Part shown: piece by piece, positions 1-12,340 of the stretch
Position numbering within the stretch: position 1 is the stretch's first letter
How the letters are laid out: every line of letters starts with the position of its first letter
NCBI GenBank assembly: GCA_046563655.1
Contig: CM102287.1
Coordinates: forward strand, 6,758,001-6,822,000
DNA: 64,000 nucleotides
Direction of reading: 5' to 3'
From: Yuukianura sp. NJ FZ-2021
Lineage: Eukaryota
Notes under the pieces: generated by a model
The model's input: only the letters and a program-made list of their open reading frames with translations
The model's database searches: none
Told to the model about the DNA's origin: nothing
Program-made: the position numbers and the translations under genes

Positions 1-1926
1 ATGCAGACAGAAAGTGGGAAATGACAACTAAGAGAAAAATTGAGCAATTGGAAATGACCGGTAGAAGGTCAGTTGGCCCAAGGTGACCTCTTAAAAGGTC
101 AAAGTCAATAAGACAATCAAAGATTCAGTGGCCACGAACAGGTAGGATGGGCATGGCAAGTTTCATTTGACCTTGCTTATTAACACAACTCAGTAACCAC
201 AACCACTTTCACTGGCCGATTCCCACACAGTGAATCCGGTTTCAATTGCAATTTTGTATTTGACAGTGCTGGATTATTCAACTTCGCTGTTCATTATTGG
301 CTCTGAAGCAATCAAAAACCATTTATCAATTCATCCTTTTCCTTACACTTGAAGGTCGATCGTTGCCAAATGACACTAAAGGTCAAGGGTGTGGAGACAG
401 AGTGTGACCTTCACCAAATTGGCACTCGGCAGAAATGCATGGGAAATCGATCGAATTGAATAATCAAATAGAGCTGTAATCAGGAAGACAAGAATTTAAA
501 GGATTCTAATTTCAGCTGAAATTGGTCAATTTATTATTAACAAAGGTCAGGTCAATAATTTCCAAAGGTCAAGGACAAGGAGTGTCTTTCTCAAATTCTA
601 TTCAGATTCAGAATGAATCCGATGTTTCTGTTGGATTCTGCATATCAGAAGATTCGAAATCAAAAGAAACTATTCTTTCTCCAGCAACAAAAGAATTCTT
701 TTTGCTTTGACTGTACCACCGCTGAAGAACATCAAAACATTCGAGGAGCACAAAGGACCCACTTCCAAGGTTCTGGAAGGCCTCACACCTCGGCTATTCT
801 CAAACACTTTTCATCCCACAAGATCCAAGGGCCATTGTGGGGAGCCCTTGATCTCCCTCCACAATCTCCCTATTTTTACTTCCACCGAAGCAGAGGCATA
901 AACAATTTCTAAATTGCGATCCTCGGGAACATTTCAAAACTAGATTGAACACGAGAGCAGCCGAGGAAGTTGCTGACTTGGAATGGAAGTGGCTGGAACC
1001 GCGACTTCCTTTTGGTTTCCGAAGTGATTTCGGTGTTGAACGAGGTTGAGGGCAACCCAATAGCAAGGAAATCCCAACAATCCACAAATACAATGTGAAT
1101 CCACATTGTTAAACTTACTGTTTATGCTAAGGTCTTCAACATAGGTGAAACATGAGGATCATTTTGAACAATCGTTCTGTTGTGAAGTTCATGAAAATGA
1201 GGCCAGTGAAGCAACAAACTGCTTCTTACTCGCACCGTTCCCATCCTAATCCTCAACTGAAGCTTTGAAATTCAATCGACCAAACAACTAAAAAATTGGG
1301 ATATTTCAAAATAAGCGTCTCACAACAAAGAATTCAAAAAAGAGGCAGTAAAAGTGAATGGAAATTGAAACGGAAGCTGCAGAATGCGGCCATTTATTGA
1401 CTGATGCCGCAGATGGTTTCGTTGTTATTTATTTTCCCAGATTGAATTCCTCCCATTTTTCTTTTGCTTTCACTTTGCAATTCATGAAGTTTTTTACTCG
1501 GGAACTCATATGCCTTTTACAAGAGTTTTACGATTTCTGTTTGATTGCAGAGAACAGCAGTTATTTTGCAATATCAAATTAAGTCTATTCCTTCGAGTAA
1601 TTTCGAAGCATATTTGAAACTCCTTCAAGAAAACAAAGAACGCAAAAGAATTTGTGTAATAAAATTCATATTTGAAACAAAAGCGTCTGAACATACTGAA
1701 ATTGAAATATTTCTATGTTCACTGGTTGCTTGGTCTGCGAATAACTTCGGTTGTTGCAGAAGTGATTCCATATTTCAGAATGTGAGTAATTCCCATGCAC
1801 ATAATTTCCTGATGTGACAGTTTTATTCCTGCTGTTTCCTCGTTCCTGAATTTACGTCCAGAATAAACATGTCAGTGGCTCGTAGTGTGTCAAGTGTGTT
1901 GTAAACGCCGACATAAACTAGGTCAC
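1..1926 (+). repeat. Arm A of a large inverted duplication (partner 15510-17433); probably continues beyond the window start
   Basis: Base 1 atgcagacagaaagtgggaaatga is the reverse complement of 17410-17433, and 1887-1926 mirrors 15510-15550. ORF pairs are duplicated on opposite strands (707/16551, 613/16612, 1358/15838). Confidence 0.95.
66..571. promoter_or_regulatory. Cluster of AGGTCA nuclear-receptor half-sites (candidate enhancer)
   Basis: Nine exact AGGTCA/TGACCT hits at 66, 84, 96, 168, 380, 405, 544, 549 and 566. Function is inferred from the motif only. Confidence 0.4.
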
Positions 1927-4900
1927 TTCTGAGGCGTGTGAGAAACACATTCACGAAAAGATGAAAAGTGACCAACTGATTTCGGGAGACAGAAGAGGTC
2001 AAATTGCTATTCACAGCTGGAGCTGCAGTTTATATTTATATTTATTTTAGTTTTCATTTTTGTGTTAAATTGAAACAAAGGAATGAAAATGTGTTTGACC
2101 TGCTTGAGGTCAAGTGTCAAATCACATAAAAACCACATTTCAATTGTAAACGACCCATTTAGAGAGAAAGTAACTTTCACCTTTCATCATGTGGTTACCA
2201 TTTCGGCTGGCACTAGTAGCTGTTTAACTGCGTTATTAATATCTGTTATGGCCTCGTAAAATTTAACTCCATGCAGGCCTTACACAAATTTCAACACATA
2301 AAGCAAACTCGAGTTAAGTAGTGCTAGGATCTTAACTTGATTTTACTTACCCTGAAGATAATTTATATTCTTTCGAACCTTGATTTCAAAATCTCAAAAT
2401 TTATTTGATATATTTTGGAAAATCGTTCAGAAAAGACAAACTATGTTCGAAAGGTATGATTTTGGGTTCTGAAATTTCTTGTGATATCAGCGTATGATTT
2501 TCTGTGTTCAGTAGTTCTCCTGTTGCATTGAGATTCATGTGAGACGCTTAATGTGATACCAAGGGACCTCATGAGTCCCACCGAAGGAGCCAGTCCCACT
2601 TCGTGAGTAAAATAAAACATTGGATGATTTTGAAGAAGCCCTTGAAGCAGAAACAGAAGCATAGAATTTCCCATTTCTTCTGCTGAAGTGATCATCTGAA
2701 GTCCTTTGATTATGGTGAGATCCAATGTGACTGATCCACTTCCACGCAATTTCTGAAATAATACATCCAGCAATAAGTTGGAATTGAGCCCAGGGTAGCA
2801 ACAGAATATCAAATACCGTAACAGTAGTAACAAAATCTACTAGAGCAAACGAAGTTAACAGTAATTCGTTGTAAAGTTATGTAAAAATGGAGTTCTTTCT
2901 TTTAAAGTAGCCGTTTTGTCATTCTGGCTCAAAACTTTTAAAATAATTTGAAAATGGTGCGTGCAAAGAAACTTTTTCAAAATTGGAGTGCTGCTTCCTG
3001 AATTGGATTTTGAGCTCCAGAAGTGTTGTTACAAGTGATATTCTACTTGACGTGACATTTTTATTATTTCACCCTCTGTGGAAGTGGGGGTGTTGTGCTG
3101 ACGCTTCGTGTTTGAGCAAGGGGTGAATGCAACATGCACTTTGTTACTAACCCATTGTTGTGACCTTTCAACAAAAACACAACAATCAAACCAAAGCGTC
3201 AAAATTTCAAACAGAAGAATCAACAGGAAGCGTACTAGTTTACCAAATGCTTTCAAATGAACCTTAAAAACTGAAGCTTTTTCAATATTGAACAGCACTG
3301 TACATCATTTTAACATGCTTATACGGCAACAAATTTCTTTGATTTTGGTTATCTTCTTCAAGATGTAATCCACTGTCAACCGTTTTTGTTTAAATTCTGT
3401 CCGTGACGAATTCATAATTGTACCAAAATTTGGCTTTACTTTCTCTTTCTCGGATTCGTCGCTGGAGTGAAGCTGAAGTTTTGTGTTAGTAATTCACCCG
3501 GGGAAAAGGAAACTGGACGAGGAAGTATGCGGTTGATGAATGGTCACGCAAGGGACGGAAACCCCAAAGTCACGCTCCCTTAACACAAACAAACCACGCA
3601 CAACCCAGTCACAATTCATTAAAGGTCACTCCAACACACACATACAAGTCAGTTATCGCAATTTCTTCTTTTTTTCAACTTTTTTTTCTGCTGCATTTCC
3701 AAAGCCAACAAGCCACATTCCCTCAGCATTCGGAACAACTAAAAAGTACAAAAATCCTTAGGAATCGAGTGGAGATTTATGCCATGACAGATTGACTTTG
3801 GAGAGAGATGCATCTTGTTGTTGATGCAGGATGCAGGTAGAAGTTGCGGAATTTCGTAATTGATGAAGTTGATGAAGATTCGTTTTCCCCAGTCCCTGTG
3901 TATGTGTGCCCTTCCACTGGATCCTATTGTTTTCATATTCATTTCCTAATTCAGATTCCACAGGAGTAGGGTGGCTGGAGTCTATTAAATTCAAAGTCTA
4001 TTCCAAATGCATATTTCATCGTCCTTTCATCAGGCCAAAGAACTCGAAGTGCTATTTAATTAAGCCCTTCGTTAGAATTCGCCACAGAGGGGCATGTCTA
4101 GTGACAATTGAGAGAGAGAAAGTTACAGCGACATTGGCAGAACGGAGAAGGCATTCGGTTGGAATTGGAAAGTGACATGAGAGAGGACGACGAGCTTGGA
4201 CAGTGAGTGTGCTTAGTTTACTTTTTGATGCGTTTCAAAATAATCAACCAAATTGAATTCCTTCGTAACTTTATTCGTTTGTTAGCCACAACTTCGGTTT
4301 GTTAATTAACAAGATTGATGCATGGACAGGTAGAAATTTGATCAAAAAATGAGTAGGAAGCATGCCAATTCCAAATAACTTTTAGTCATTCACGAGTAAT
4401 ACCCGTTACTCATCTCTTTATTACCGCGACTGTAAATAAAAGAAATTTGCGCAAAAAATTTAAAAATGCCAATTTTTTGAAAAAAAAAAAAGAGATTCTC
4501 TCTCTATCTGCAACAGAAATTCTGCACCGATTCAGCTTCCGGGTAGGATTTGGAGGTTTTTAAAATAAACTGAATGCGTAGCAATAATAATTTTGAAACT
4601 GTCGTCAACCTTTAGTGAGTCTTAAGTGATGGAAATGGTGTAAGCGTTGTTAGGTGTGAACCACTTAATCAAGTCACCTGTCAAAATGACACCATGTCAC
4701 GCACTTCACCTTACTCACTCAGCTTTTAGCTTGATCCTTGTCTTCATGTACATTTCCATCGCGTCAGCTCGTTGCAGTGCAAAAACACTACAAAAAGTAC
4801 TTTGAACTTGGGCAAAGTCAAGTGACTTTATTCAACACACGCCACTTCCAGCACCCTTGCAAGCAATATTTACCTAGCGACAAAGTTTTCCATACATCAA

Positions 4901-5099
4901 CTTCAATTCAATTTGAACTTAACAAACATAAAACGATACAACAATTCAAATATTTTTAAGAAGTTTTAATTGAACATTGAACTTCTACCTCCACAACATA
5001 GTCTTAAGTTTGTCTCGACAAAGCGAGTTACAGCTAAAGTCTGAGCGAGATTCTTGTTTGCTTTTGTAAATATTAATCAAACAGCGGCGTACACCCAAG

Positions 5100-5955
5100 T
5101 TTTCTAAAGCAAACTTTGTTCCAAACCGGAGGGTTTTCCAGAAGAGTGTAACACCTAATGATTAATTACTGTTTAAGATCAAATGAAGACGCTGGGGAAT
5201 TGCTTTGGGATTTAAGGATCCCCTGGGGGTACAAAACTTAGCCTCAGGCCATCCTGCACTAGCATAAGCTAAGCATTACATAACGTACGATGAACCCTCC
5301 CAACTTTCTCCCGTGCTCCTTCTCAGGAAACAAAAAGTAATTAAAGCAAGAACTGAAGGGGGATTAATAATTCACACCAATCCAATGACTAACTTTCTCC
5401 CCATACGCAACTAAACCTCCAAAATTTTACCCAAAATGTGCCCATTCCGTATTCTGCTGAAACTAGCTTCAAAAGCGGTGCTGAGGTAAGGAAAATTTCT
5501 GGAGGGAAAGAAAAGTTAAAAATTAATTGCAGAAAGCAGGAAAGGAGAGTTTGCAATTTTTAGCACAATTTTCCGCTTTCTTATGGCTCAACCAAAGCCA
5601 TCACATCAATATTCAAACTCCCGTGACATCATTTTCCTACTTTTTGTCAAAATTTTGAATTTTGTAGTATGACATGACAACTTTGCTTCACTTTCACTGC
5701 TTTATGAATCATGAAAAATTCTCGTGTATTTTGACTTGAATTACTTGAGTAGGAATCTTCCGCTAAAAGTAAGACTTGTTGCCGACGCTGTGAAGTCATG
5801 CGATGATATAACGAACCAAAAACTGTGGCGGTAGAATTAAAAGCAAATGATAGAAAATTCTTGCGTGCAAAAAGTAAAAAGGCGCCGAAAAGCGAAATTT
5901 GGAAACGTCAAAGCCAATTGTGCTCTTCCTGCATGTACGTCTACAAAACAACCAA
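5100..5955 (+). repeat. Arm B of the same inverted duplication (partner ~14505-15460)
   Basis: ctttctcccgtgctccttctcaggaaacaaaaagtaattaaagcaagaactgaagggggattaataattcac (5304-) mirrors 15066-15138, and ~5150-5210 mirrors 15378-15440. Weaker similarity continues to ~5955/14505. Confidence 0.85.
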
Positions 5956-8900
5956 AAGTTCCTTGACCTCGAAGGTCAAGGTCTTCATAGACTTGGTTTG
6001 AAATGTACAACTTAATCAGGTACCCGCATCTCTCTTTTTCGTTTCAGAAATTCAAAATTGGCATTAATCTACGTCTATTTTTGCCAGAGGTTAAATTTGC
6101 AATTGATAGATATCTTAAACTCACGATTTATGTTTGATTTCATCAACGAATAATTGAAAACGTTTGATTTATTTGAATATTTGTTATTAGAGCCCGCATT
6201 TGCCCTTTAGACGTTACCTACTGCGATGCTCTCGCTAAATCTTCGGGCATAAAATTTGAACAACAATTCCAAAAAAAAGTTTGGGAATTTAGAGGCTCTT
6301 AAAGCTTCCACACGTATCATCTTTTGGAATCGATTTGCCACATTTTGTTCTAAAATTTCACACACATCGTAGTCGCCTCTTTTCCAAATTGTCAAATCTT
6401 TTCTGGCACAAGGTCAAGTATCCACTTTGAATTCGATTTTCCATTCTTGCTCTTCTTGACTACAGCTCCATTCCCAGTAAAAAGGAAATCCCCGTTCAAG
6501 TAAAATAGAAACGCTACGATTTTGTTCATGTTCCAAATCTGTTCAATCTTCCGTTTTACAAGTTTGGAACAAGAGGAAATAGATCTTGTGATTCCCTTTC
6601 CCTGTGTCTCAGTAAATCCTAGTAGAGTTCTGATAAAAATCAGAAGCTTTGGATCCACTTTCTCGGATTCCCTTCCGCCCTTAAAGGCCCTGTTCTTACG
6701 AACAATCTAGATGGAAGATAGGAGTACTCGCACAAACTGTTTCATCCACATGGAACCACTCTGCATAGAAACTGAACAATTCAGACGCAAATGGTCAAAT
6801 GAAATGGAAGAATCTCACTCCAACGGTTATTGTGGCAGTTACAATTCTAAAGGAACAACACAGAATGCGACTCAAAGTGTTCAACTTAAATTCAAACGCA
6901 GATTTAAGCAGAGCTGTAAAAAAGCTTCAATTTCTCATTGTTGTTTTTTTTCTGTAAAAGTTACTTTTTCCGTTTCCAAATTACTTTTAGTACTCGAAGC
7001 CCCCTTCACGCCCAGTGCGATTCGAGCAGAGCAAATGGACCACTTTTAGGATATTTTAGTGTTACTGGAATACACCAATAAACTTTTTAAACATGCAGTA
7101 CATTAGCCTTCCAATTTCTTTGAACTGGAAGGAAATTGTTTCGGAATTGAAAGTAATTTTTTTTTGCAAATTTAAAATGCAAAATTCTTAAAATTGAAAG
7201 ACGCTATGGAATTTTACATTTTGTATTGCTAGTTCCCGTTTTTGATTAACTTTAAAACGGATCACGAGCAACATATTTTGTGAAGTTGGGTTGAATTGAA
7301 CCGGAGACTGAGCAGTCAGTGGCTGTTTCTATTTTGTAATCTAAATTTTAATTGGAACAAGATGAGATTCCAGTCCGTTGTAGTGGAGAAAGCGTTTCCT
7401 CCAAAAGACTTTCACTCAGAAACGGAGTCCTAGGAACCATTGTCGTTAGTCAATCAGCAGGAAAGTGGAAGGGAATTAAAATTAATGAGAACTTGGGAAC
7501 AATGGACCACCATATACCGAAACTAACAGCAACAATGCCATACACTTTCAGTCTGCAAGAGAACGCTTATGATTGGACACAAATTAGAACAAATGAACAT
7601 ACGAGGCTTAGAGGTCAGGGAGATTGAGATCTGACAAAACAAAGGATTAGTTCACACCTCAGTTCAATTTCACCCTGGGGTGAGGTCAAGTGCTGAACAA
7701 AGGTCATAACTCCAATTAATTTCAGTGGTAAGAGGCACTTAAAGGTGTACGTTTTAATCAAGGGGATCATTTCCGTCATTTTCAAAATTCTTATCAAAAT
7801 TTCTTTTTTGGAAAGTGTGGAGTATTTTTTAGGAACTGAAGTGTGCGCAGTGTGGTAAAAGTGCGCAAACTGTGGGAGGGAAGGGCGTTTGAGACCCTTA
7901 AGAGGGTCTTCACATGCAAACCAACGATTAATCCAACCAGCCAAACACAAATTACGCATTCGTTTTTCAAGTGAAAATTGAAACGTCTCAATTTCCAATT
8001 CCTTACACAACGGGGGAATGATTTATGAATTCGACGCACACAATGGAATATTTTTAGATTTTTTTAAACTTTTTTTTAGATTGTGGTCAGTTGGTCGTAG
8101 CAGAAAAAATTGGCAGCAAGGAAACTTTTAGCTATGAACTTTTAAAAAATTCAGCTTAAAATTTATCTTGGTTATGTTCATACGTTTTTTTTGTGTCGTG
8201 TATAGAAAACACTAGAAAATGTTTACTTTTCTGCCCTCAAAAATGGTTCTAAGCAGCACATTTATTTTTGTTAGGTTAACTTTAGGTTATTATGCATGAA
8301 CTTGTGCAGTATTTGCGAATAGGAAAAGATCCTAATCAGGTTCTCACCCAGTTGAGCCTTTTACAATCAACACTTTACACAGAGACTCCATTAGGTTAAT
8401 CACCCATAACCAACTTCCTCAACACGCACCAGGTTGCATTATAAACACAATTCAAAAGTCACTTCCAAAAACAAAACATAACTACACACAATTTGAAAAA
8501 CTCTAACAGTGAGCAGGTCTGCAAGGACCCTTGGAGTTGAGAGTCCTTAAGGCCACTTTAATTATGCGAGTGGACTTGGTCATTTGGAAGCTAAATAGCC
8601 AAGGGATCCATTTCAAAATCCAGGAAAGTGGAATTTAAAACGGGTATGAGGGTGGGACTGCAGTTTGTAAGTGGATTTTGAGGCCCTTGGTGGTATGACT
8701 GGTCTTGGAATTCTTTGTGTTCTGTTGATTGTTATGAGGCAGCAATAGGCCCATTAGTCCCCTTAAGTACCCCCTTAGTCCCTCTCTTCAGTTCAAGGCC
8801 CTTTATTACAACGTTTAATTTTAAATTTAAATTCCTTAAACATGAGTCTACAATCACCATAACCATAATTCAGATGCCCAGGAGGAAACCACTTTTTAGT

Positions 8901-11674
8901 CAAGGAGAAAGTCATAGTACAAACCCATCAAATGACGACTTCAAAGAAAATTTTTTCACCCATTTCTAGTTGAAAGTTGAAACCTCCGAGAAAACTAGTG
9001 TTTGGTTTCGAAATCACGTGAAGCCAGGTACACTTTGTTCATGGGTTAGTGGAAAGTGTATTTTTTTAAAGTATGCTTGTTTGTTTGTCTGTTTTTTTTT
9101 GCTTTAACAATTGCAATTCTATTGTTTTCCTTTTTTGTACAAAATAAAACTGGAGTAATTGTATATAATCTTCCAGAAATTACAAATATCCGTTCTACTC
9201 AACAAAGTTCCAGAAAATGGATCATTTCCAGATCTCAAAAGTTGATCTGACTCTTCCCAGTGTAATTTCCCTTTCAACATGAACCTCGTACTGCCAGGTA
9301 CACGCAAGTAATTGGCACATCGGTCTAAGAGCCCCCCTCCTTCCTGCCTCTATAATTTACAAAAGTAAACAAGATTATATAACATTTGAGTCTTTTTTAA
9401 AACGGGAAAATTCTAGAAAAACCTGTGCTTGTACTTGTATTTTCTGGAGGGCTTAATCCGAACACTTAAGTACCCCCATCACCCCTTGCCAAAAGCCCTT
9501 AAATGTTCAATAGTACAGAACAAACTAAAGCAATTTATGGAGTAAGTAGCTCAAAGGCAGGAGCAGGAGTGGAAAAATATTTCGATTCCATTATCCGAAG
9601 ATGTTCAAATTGTTTTCTCCTGTTTTTCATCTTGACTAAAAGTCAGAAAAATGGAAAAACCTGGAACAGCAGAAAAAGTTACGGAATTGGAAAAATTCGG
9701 AGTTGGATTCATTCCAAAAACTTACCGGAAAACGGAATTGAGCCTCGCCTTTCCGTTCTTCCAACTCAACATACAATTTCATATTTTTTGCCAAAATTGT
9801 TATTTCTTATCAAGTACTATACATGGGAAGTTTATTTTCATCCAGAAAATTTTCCAATTTGCCACATCCACTCACTCAAAGTCTTTCTAAAACTACTTTC
9901 AACCTACAGTGTTATCTTCCTCTTTTCCGCTTTTCAAAAGTTTCTGTTTTCTAAAAAACGAAAGTGTAGCCAATTTTACAATTTTCCTATCCATTTCCTA
10001 ATCAAAATTGAAACAACTTCCACCAAAAAGGTTCTCAAAATAACTTTTCAAAAAAAAGTGGTCCAAAATTGCTTACACCAAAGATTAGACGGGAGATTCG
10101 GAACTTTTTGCTTTCACTTTTTTTGGAGATAGACAATTCCACATGGGAGAATAGCCTTATTTGTCTTGTAACTTTCCCTTTAATCTTGTTACTTATGTTA
10201 CTCTGTTACAACTTGGTTACTACAATGTTACAACGTTACTTGTGCCATAACATAAAAAGTGAGTTATGGGTGCTGATAGTTGCTAAAATTTCTTGTTATC
10301 GTTGGACCCTAGGAATTGGTTTCTGGATTGACTCATCTAACAGCCCCCAAGTGAAAGTTCTAATCAAGATACCAACCACTTTGTCTTACGAAAGATGCTT
10401 TCCCTTTCATAAATTCCTTTTCCCTTGTGCTTTGTCATAAGGTTGAAGTAAACCAGACAACCACCACTATAAGCACGAACCAAACACAGGATTATGTTTC
10501 AAAAGTACCTAAATTTTATTTAAAAAAAAAATAAAATAAACAACACAACATTCAAAATATTTTTTTCAAGTTTGTAGAGTTACTTTTGGATTTTCAAAAT
10601 TCGAGTTATGGTAATGTTAGCGTGATTGCGGAAGTGCGATGAATACTTCCTTGTCTGTGATCGTGATCAATGGAGAAAGTCTTTCGCTTCCACTTCAACT
10701 GAAATTCTGTTTACTTCCTTCCATGAACTCGTCTCTGATTGGTTAACATTGTTTATGAATCGATTGTGACTGGGGAAAGTGAACAGGAAATTTCACCGCT
10801 TCTTGGTTTCTCTTTTCTGTGAAAGCAATGAACCAAGACAAGAGATAACGATGGAACAAATCAAGGCCATTATTCCATAAGGAGAGACGAATGATTCACA
10901 AAATATTCGAAATTTGATGCAATGTGTCTCTCTCCCCCAATTTCTGATTTTGGACAGAAACAAATGCCGATTGAAAATTCAATTCTGAAATCAGTCTTCC
11001 GGACTTCTTTTTTTTCCTGGAGAATCACTGGTGTATTCCTAAATTTAATTTCTGTGAGGGAGACATGTTAAAATTCAGGTAACGTTTACCAAAATTGGTG
11101 ACTCGGTGTGCGTAGGTGGGATTCGTTGTGGTGGGTCTCGGTGGGGCAGGTGGCTTCCGTGGAAATTGGTCAATTACGAAAATGTTGAAGTTAGAAATGA
11201 AGTTGTAGCTATTAATAAACCTAGAAATTGGTTCACTTGATCTGACAGTTGATGAAGAGGGGGCGTGAGAGACTTCGGTATTTGAAATCCAAACAGTTGG
11301 AATTGTTGATCCAAGGAATTCGTGGAGAGTCTGTTGATTCAACCCCCACTTGGGGGTGAGTAGCTTCAGAGACTAAATGCTTCCAGGTAGGATTTACATT
11401 TAGATCGTCTGTTTTGTTTATTCAGAACAGCACTTCCAAGCATTTTCAAAATAACAGTTTAGTTATTTTAAAACCGTCGTGGGACAAGTCTTGGAAAAGC
11501 CAATGCTTCAACCTCACTGAAAGTAAAATTCAGGATTTTGCTGAAAAAAATTCTACGTATATTTTCAAAATTGACTTCGAAACGCATCATAGGATTGTAA
11601 GGTTCACCGAATACAATTCACCTTCAAATTGTTGGAATGACTTGGCTCGTCAACATTGTCCAGCGTAGATTATT

Positions 11675-12340
11675 ATTCAACTTTAAAAGAAGCGTTTGAG
11701 ATGCTCATCAATCATTTTCATATGGACCGATGAAAGAATGAGAGAATGAGACACTTTCAAAAAGTTTCTAAATTGCTGTGATTCCGGCAGTGACGGAGTC
11801 TGACACCTATAATCCTATGACACTCCTGCGCAAAAACGCTGAGCGTACATTGTTCCACGGTATTTCCAAAAATTGAAAGCGATTCAAAAGGAGGGCGGGA
11901 AACATTCATTGTGCTGCGACATTTGAGAAAGTTGCTTCTGAGTCAGCGACTGACTAAAAGTGTGAATTAACAAAAGAATTGCAGTGAGGCCAAAGTAATT
12001 AATCACAACAGTTAACCTCCTTCTAAAGCCACATTCAAAATTCTTTTGTGGAAGTAAACGAGGGATGATGCAATTGGGATTAGAACAACATTCGAAGTTA
12101 AACTGAAGTCTTTTCAAGCCAACTGCAATGCAGAGTCACAAGCAAAACAATTACAACAAAAGATGTGAGAGAGATTTTTCCTAAAGTCATCTTTAACTTG
12201 AAGTAACTAAACACTCATGTCGTTGGCATTTGACTAATAAGGATTTTAGCAAGTCGCTTGAGACGTGACATGACGAAATAATTCTCGAAATCTGATCTCA
12301 AAAATCGAGGACAACACTAAGACGCTGACGTCTGTTTTTG
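11675..12340 (+). repeat. Arm C of a second inverted duplication (partner ~30310-31048)
   Basis: gtaaacgagggatgatgcaattgggattagaacaacattcgaagttaaactgaagtcttttcaagccaactgcaatgcagagtcacaagcaaaacaat (12054-12151) is the reverse complement of ~30553-30650. The flanks are progressively more diverged. Confidence 0.9.

Noticed and set aside
6207..6658. Overlapping minus-strand ORFs suggesting a frameshifted pseudogene
   Set aside because: No recognisable homology; cannot be separated from chance.
9503..10132. Longest ORF in the track (209 aa)
   Set aside because: F/K/L/S-rich composition reflects A/T runs; no motif and no exon context.
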